Assembly (NCBI GenBank): GCA_963749075.1
Contig: CAVVLJ010000021.1
Span: 672,001-736,000, forward strand
Length of the DNA: 64,000 bases
Direction of reading: 5' to 3'
DNA from: an uncultured Pseudomonadota bacterium
GTDB taxonomy: Bacteria > Pseudomonadota > Alphaproteobacteria > JACZXZ01
This document shows, piece after piece, positions 59,173-64,000 of the stretch. Below the pieces are notes generated by a model, which ran no database searches, had not been told where the DNA came from, and saw only the letters and a list, made by a program, of their open reading frames with translations. Both the position numbers and the translations under genes were made by a program. The first letter of the stretch is position 1, and the number at the start of each line of letters is the position of its first letter.

Positions 59173-59633
59173 ATCTGCGCTTGCAGGTAGTTCTCGAGGC
59201 CGAGGGTCGCGATGAGGCGGAGCTGGGTCTCGAGCCAGTCGACGTGCTCCTCCTCGCCCTCGAGGATCTTCTCGAGGAGCTCGCGGCTCACGTAATCGCC
59301 CTTGGCCTCGCAATCGGCGATGGCCTCCTTGAGCGGCGGGATCGCCTTCATCTCGAGCGCCAGATCGCACTTGAGCACCTCGGCGGCCAACTCGCCGATC
59401 ATGAGCTTGTCGAGGTCCTGGAGGTTGGGCAGCCCCTCGAGGAAGAGGATGCGCTTGATGAGCGCGTCCGCGTGCTTCATCTCGTCGACCAATTCGCCGT
59501 GCTCGTGCTCGGCGAGCTTCTTCAAGCCCCAGTTCTCGAGCATGCGGGAATGGAGGAAGTACTGGTCGATCGCCGTGAGCTCGTTGGTCAGCACCTTGTT
59601 GAGGTGCTGCACGATCGCGCGATCCCCCTCCAT
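59169..59633 (-). CDS. bfr: Bacterioferritin
   Basis: LTNELTAIDQYFLH, DEMKHAD, RILFLEGLPN, EEEHVDWLETQL. Confidence 0.97.
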   Translation of the reverse strand: MEGDRAIVQHLNKVLTNELTAIDQYFLHSRMLENWGLKKLAEHEHGELVDEMKHADALIKRILFLEGLPNLQDLDKLMIGELAAEVLKCDLALEMKAIPPLKEAIADCEAKGDYVSRELLEKILEGEEEHVDWLETQLRLIATLGLENYLQAQM

Positions 59634-59653
59634 CGCCGCCCTCCTCGTTGCGC

Positions 59654-59836
59654 TCAGCGCTCGGGCGCCGCGCGGGCGGACGTCTGCCGCACCATGTCGC
59701 GGATCAAGGGGATGCACTTGCCGCACTGCGGGCGCACGCCGAGCAGGTCGTAGACCTCCTCGACCGACGCCGCCCCGGCGCTGGTACTCTCGCGGATGCG
59801 GCTCTCGCTCAGGGCATTGCAGATGCAGACGTACAC
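59654..59836 (-). CDS. bfd: Bacterioferritin-associated ferredoxin
   Basis: (M)YVCICN...CGKC; upstream of bfr. Confidence 0.92.
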   Translation of the reverse strand: MYVCICNALSESRIRESTSAGAASVEEVYDLLGVRPQCGKCIPLIRDMVRQTSARAAPER

Positions 59837-59875
59837 CGGCTCTCTCCACCGCTCGCCGCGGGCATCATGCACGGC

Positions 59876-59891
59876 TGCGAATGATTGTCAA
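59876..59891. promoter_or_regulatory. Putative iron-responsive (Fur-type) box upstream of bfd-bfr
   Basis: TGCGAAT-G-ATTGTCA imperfect 7-1-7 palindrome. Confidence 0.55.
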
Positions 59892-59913
59892 TAGCGCTTG
59901 ATCGCGGGGCCGA

Positions 59914-60069
59914 TTTCCCTCTCCTCCTTCAGGAGGAGAGGGTCAGGGTGAGGAGGCGATTGGGCCGATCACGTCGGACGCCAGCGTGCGCTTGTTGCGG
60001 TGGCCCTCCTCACCCTCCCATCGCTTCGCGATGGGCCCGGCCCTCTCCTCCTGAAGGAGGAGAGGGAAA
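59914..60069. repeat. REP-like palindromic element, copy 2
   Basis: Same arms as 47983-48137, with a different central spacer. Confidence 0.85.
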
Positions 60070-60081
60070 TCGGCCGCGCGC

Positions 60082-60510
60082 TCACCCCTCGGGCGGGCCT
60101 TTGAGCTCGATCTGGTTGCCTTCGGGGTCGAGGAGATAGAGGGAGGGGCCCTCTCCGTCGGCGCCGTAGCGGCTGGCGGCCTCGCCGGCAGCTATGCCGT
60201 GGGCCGCGAGGTGGCGGCGGATGGCGGCCTCGTCCCAGGGCTCGACGCGCAGGCAGAAATGCTCGAGGTTGCGCGCCTCCTTCCCGGGTGCCGCGCCGCC
60301 CGCCTTGCCGATCGGCCCTGCCACGTCGGCCAAGTCGATCAGGCTCGCGCCGGCGCGCAGCTGGACGAGGCCGATCGCCGGCTGGCGCTTCTCGACCGTG
60401 CAGCCGAGCACCTCGCAATAGAAGCGCACGCCCGCCTCCACGTCGCGGTAGCGCAGCACGACATGGTCGAGGCGATGAAGCGCAAAGGGAAGGGTGGTGC
60501 TTATCGGCAC
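60082..60510 (-). CDS. VOC/glyoxalase family protein
   Basis: LDHVVLR, FYCEVLG, HFCLRV, YLLDPEGNQIELK. Confidence 0.9.
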   Translation of the reverse strand: MPISTTLPFALHRLDHVVLRYRDVEAGVRFYCEVLGCTVEKRQPAIGLVQLRAGASLIDLADVAGPIGKAGGAAPGKEARNLEHFCLRVEPWDEAAIRRHLAAHGIAAGEAASRYGADGEGPSLYLLDPEGNQIELKGPPEG

Positions 60511-61569
60511 TCAGGCCCTCGCGAAGCGATGGACCCCGTCAGAGCCGCATTCGCGCTCGAGCTCGCCGCGGCTTACGAGGAAGTGGAGATGGGCGAGCGC
60601 CTCGCCGATGGCGAAGGAGAGCTGGTGGAGATCGAGCTGGCGGCGGAAGAGGACCGGGATGATCTCGGCCCCCGTGCGCGGCTCGGCACAGGCTTGAAGC
60701 GTGCGGGCGAGGCGCTCCTCGTGGTGCTCAACGAGATCGTCGAGGCGGCGGTGGAGGCCGTAGAAGGGGAGGCCGTGGGAGGGCAGCACCAGCGTCTCCT
60801 CCGGGAGCGCACGGAACTGCGCGAACGAATCGAGATAGAGCTTGAGCGGGTTGCCCTCGGGCTGGTCCGGCCAGACGCTCACGTTGGTGGTGATCTTGGG
60901 CAGCACCTGGTCGCCCGAGATGAGCACGCCCGTCTCGCGGCAATAGAGGCAGGCGTGCTCCGGCGCATGGCCCTCGCCCACGATGACGCGCCACTTGCCG
61001 CCGCCGATCGCGATCTCGTCGCCCGCCCTGATGCGCCGGTAGGTGGGCGGCACCGGCGTCACGTTCTGGGCATAGAGGTTGCCGCGCCGCGAGAGTGCCT
61101 CGAGCTCCGCGGCGGGGAGGCCGTTCCGGCGGTAGTGCCGCGCGCGCTTCTCAACGTCGCCGCCGCCCCAGCCCTGGCGCACGAGCTGGGCCGTGAGCCA
61201 CTCGCCTTGCGTCATCCAGAGCTCGACCGCGAAGCGCTCGCAGAGCCAGCCCGCGAGGCCGATGTGGTCGGGATGGAAGTGGGTCACGATGACGCGGCCG
61301 ACGGGCCGGCCGCCGAGGCTCGAGGCGAAGACGCGCTCCCAGAGCAGCTTCGTCTCCTCGCCGCGCCCGAAGCCGCTGTCGACGATGGTCCAGCCGTCGC
61401 CATCCTCGAGGAGCCAGAGGTTGATGTGGTCGAGGGCGAAGGGGAGCGGCATCCTGAGCCAGCGCACCCCCGGCGCCACCTCGCGCGAGGTGCCCGGCTC
61501 GGGCGGTTCGGCTTGCGGGAAGGCAAGCGCGTCGCGGGTCGCTCTCAGCAAGGCAGGCGCGCCGTTCAT
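60511..61569 (-). CDS. MBL-fold metallo-hydrolase
   Basis: THFHPDH, GHAPEH, SGDQVLP, LPSHG. Confidence 0.92.
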   Translation of the reverse strand: MNGAPALLRATRDALAFPQAEPPEPGTSREVAPGVRWLRMPLPFALDHINLWLLEDGDGWTIVDSGFGRGEETKLLWERVFASSLGGRPVGRVIVTHFHPDHIGLAGWLCERFAVELWMTQGEWLTAQLVRQGWGGGDVEKRARHYRRNGLPAAELEALSRRGNLYAQNVTPVPPTYRRIRAGDEIAIGGGKWRVIVGEGHAPEHACLYCRETGVLISGDQVLPKITTNVSVWPDQPEGNPLKLYLDSFAQFRALPEETLVLPSHGLPFYGLHRRLDDLVEHHEERLARTLQACAEPRTGAEIIPVLFRRQLDLHQLSFAIGEALAHLHFLVSRGELERECGSDGVHRFARA

Positions 61570-61652
61570 GCGATCTCCGATTGCGGCCTCGAGCGCAGGA
61601 CCGGGGCAAAACTATGGCGCAGTGCGGCAAAGGTCAAATGGCCGTGCCGCGC

Positions 61653-62446
61653 TCAGGACTTCTGCGCGCGCTCGGGATAGCTCACCGCCATGCCGGCGCG
61701 CACGTCCTGCTGGATGCCGTATTGCGCGAAGGGGTAGCGGAAGCCGTTCTTGGCGAGTGCCGCCATGCCGGCGAGCGCCTTGGCGAGCCCCTCGGGCGGC
61801 AGCGCCATGAGCATCTCGTCGTCGAGCACGCCGCCGTAGCGGCGCTCGGCGAAGCAGGGGATGGAGAGGCTCGGCTCGCGCGTCTTGAGCGCACGTCCCA
61901 GGAATCGGCGCAGGCCAATTCGCCGACCACGCTCCACTCGAAGCGCTTGTAGCCCGACCACTGCAGGCCGTTGATGAAATAGATCATCGCACCCGGCGTG
62001 GCGTAGAAAAGGGCGATGTCGGGCGGGTCGAGCCGGCCGCTCGCCAGCGGTGCCACGGCGAGCGCCTCGAAAGTGCCGTCCTCGACGCAGTTCATCGCCG
62101 CCTGGTGCGCGCTTGCGTCCTCGAGGGTGCCGTACCACACGCCGGCCATGTGGCGGCCCGAGCGCCAGGCCGCGTCCTTGGCGAGGCCGAGGCCAACCAC
62201 GGCGCGGCACTGGGCGCCCACCAGGTCCTCGGCCGTGATGCCGACGGTCCAGCCGAGGCGGGCCGCCTGCGCCACGACCTGGTCGAGCGTGTGCACCGAC
62301 TGCGGCCGGCGGATGCGCGGGATCGCCTCCATCTCCGCGCGCGTCTTGAAGAGCTTCATGCCGAAGGGGATGGCGCGCAGGCGCAAGCGCTGCTCCAACT
62401 CGGCGGCAAGCTTCGCCCAATCCTCTGTCATCGTCATCGTCGTCAT
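61653..62446 (-). CDS. DUF169-like protein; frameshift near 61898
   Basis: HTLDQVVAQAARLGWTVG, GELACADSW; continuation (G)RALKTREPSLSIPCFAERRYGG is in the adjacent frame. Confidence 0.75.
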
Positions 62447-62467
62447 CGCACCCTCCCCTTCGAGAAG

Positions 62468-62493
62468 TCCCTCTCCCGCAAGCGGGAGAGGGA
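62468..62493. repeat. Single REP-like hairpin TCCCTCTCCCGCAAGCGGGAGAGGGA
   Basis: Perfect stem, related to the CCCTCTCC family. Confidence 0.7.
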
Positions 62494-62524
62494 TTTATCG
62501 CCATTGGCGCCGTCCGCGCCCATA

Positions 62525-63794
62525 TCAGCGCCCGAGCGCGCGCCAGCCGATGTCGCGGCGGCAGAAGCCTTGCGGCCAGTCGATGAGGTCGACGGCGCGG
62601 TAGGCGCGCGCTTGCGCCTCCTTGAGCGTGGGAGCGCGCGCCGTGACGTTGAGCACGCGGCCGCCGGTGGCGAGGAGCCGGCCGCCGTCGCGCGCGGTGC
62701 CGGCGTGGAAGATGGTCACCCCCTCCACCTGGCGTGCGGCCTCGAGGTTGCGGATCTCGCTGCCCTTGGCGTAGTCGCCGGGATAGCCCTTGGCCGCCAT
62801 GACGACGGAGAGCGAGGGCTCGGCGTGCCAGCGCAGATCGAAGAAGCGGAGCTCGCCGTCGCGCGCCGCGACGAGGGCCGGCAGGAGGTCCGACATGAGC
62901 CGCACCATGAGCGCCTGGCATTCGGGATCGCCGAAGCGCACGTTGAACTCGACGAGCCTGGGCCCCGCGTCGCCGATCATGAGCCCGGCATAGAGCACGC
63001 CCTTGAAGGGGCGGCCCTCGGCGGCCATGGCGGCGACCGCGGGCTTCAAGATGCTCTCCTCGATCTCTGCGGCGGCGGCGGGCGTCACCACGGGGGCGGG
63101 AAGTCGGCGCCCATGCCGCCTGTGTTCGGCCCCTTGTCGCCGTCGTGGACCGCCTTGTGGTCCTGCGCCGAGGGAAGCGCCAGCACGTGGCTGCCGTCGA
63201 CGAGCGCCAGCACGCTCGCCTCCTCGCCCTCGAGGAACTCCTCGATGACGAGCTCCTGGCCGGCGCGGCCGAAGCGCCCGCCCACCAGTGCCGCATCGAC
63301 CGCGGCGTCGGCCTCGGCCAGGCTCGCCGCCACCGTCACCCCCTTCCCCGCGGCGAGGCCGTCGGCCTTGACCACGATAGGGGTGTCGTGCGCGCGGATG
63401 AAGGCCTTGGCCTTGGCGGGATCGCGGAAGCGGCCGTAGGCAGCGCTCGGGATGCCGTATTTCCGCGCCAGGTCCTTCATGAAGCCCTTGGAGCCCTCGA
63501 GGAGGGCCGCCTTGGCGCTCGGGCCGAAGGCCTTGATGCCGGCCTCCTCCAGGCGGTCGACGAGGCCCAAGACGAGGGGTGCCTCGGGCCCGACCACGAC
63601 GAAGTCGATCGCCCGATCCCGCGCGAAGCGCACCAGCTCGCGATATCCTCGGCGGCGAGCGGCACGCACTCGGCCTCCTCGGCGATGCCGGCATTCCCCG
63701 GCGCGCAGTAGATCTTGTCGGCGAGCGGCGAGGCCGCGATCTTCCAGGCGAGCGCATGCTCGCGCCCGCCCGAGCCCACGATGAGAATGCGCAT
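62525..63794 (-). CDS. purD: Phosphoribosylamine-glycine ligase; frameshifts near 63640 and 63100
   Basis: [54 protein letters not shown], spread over three frames. Confidence 0.95.
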
Positions 63795-63847
63795 CCCGAA
63801 ACTGCTCTCCGCTGCCGCCTAGCGCTCACATTCGCCGAAGCGAGCGT

Positions 63848-63889
63848 CACCCCCTCCCCCCTTGAGGGGGAGGGTAGGGGAGGGGGGTG
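63848..63889. repeat. REP-like half element (CCCTCCCCCTTGAGGGGGAGGG)
   Basis: Hairpin plus GGGGAGGGGG tail, same architecture as the other CCCTC-type REPs. Confidence 0.7.
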
Positions 63890-64000
63890 TGCCGCGCATC
63901 GACAATTCCACATGGTAGCCGCAGGCTCTTCCCGCCGTTAACGCGCCATGGCGGCTCGGCCTCTCGTCTTGTAACATAAGCGTCCAAGCCATGAGCGAAA

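Noticed and set aside
63991-64000. ATG at the window edge, divergent from purD
   Set aside because: Only three codons are visible, so no product can be supported.

Overview
High-GC alphaproteobacterial (Rhodospirillales-like) chromosomal window. It is mostly conserved housekeeping genes: def-fmt-truA, dapE/dapD, argB-engB-yidC-yidD-rnpA-rpmH, gpt, tRNA-Arg(ACG), an rpoH-family sigma factor, nudC, SRP RNA-dnaX-ybaB-recR, ribF-lspA, pgi, mutL, rsmD, tadA, msrB, bfr-bfd and purD. Accessory DNA includes: (i) a signalling operon (ABC substrate-binding gene flanked by identical 21-bp direct repeats, a Cache-HAMP-4xGAF histidine kinase, a receiver protein and a receiver-cyclase); (ii) three small toxin-antitoxin-like cassettes, two of them with broken toxin-like genes; (iii) several nested REP/MITE-like palindromic elements; (iv) a visibly lower-GC island of about 5.6 kb (~50.3-56.0 kb). 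The island is the best candidate for an undescribed system. It encodes a Rad50/RloC-like zinc-hook ABC ATPase with a HEPN-like tail and a small partner, a CX5R phosphatase, and an XRE HTH + IrrE/ImmA peptidase pair (CapH/CapP-like). That pair is divergent from a GIY-YIG nuclease and a minimal PD-(D/E)xK-like protein, with three phased palindromic boxes in between. Single-base frameshifts in five conserved genes suggest sequencing indels. All calls come from motif recognition by eye; no database searches were run.
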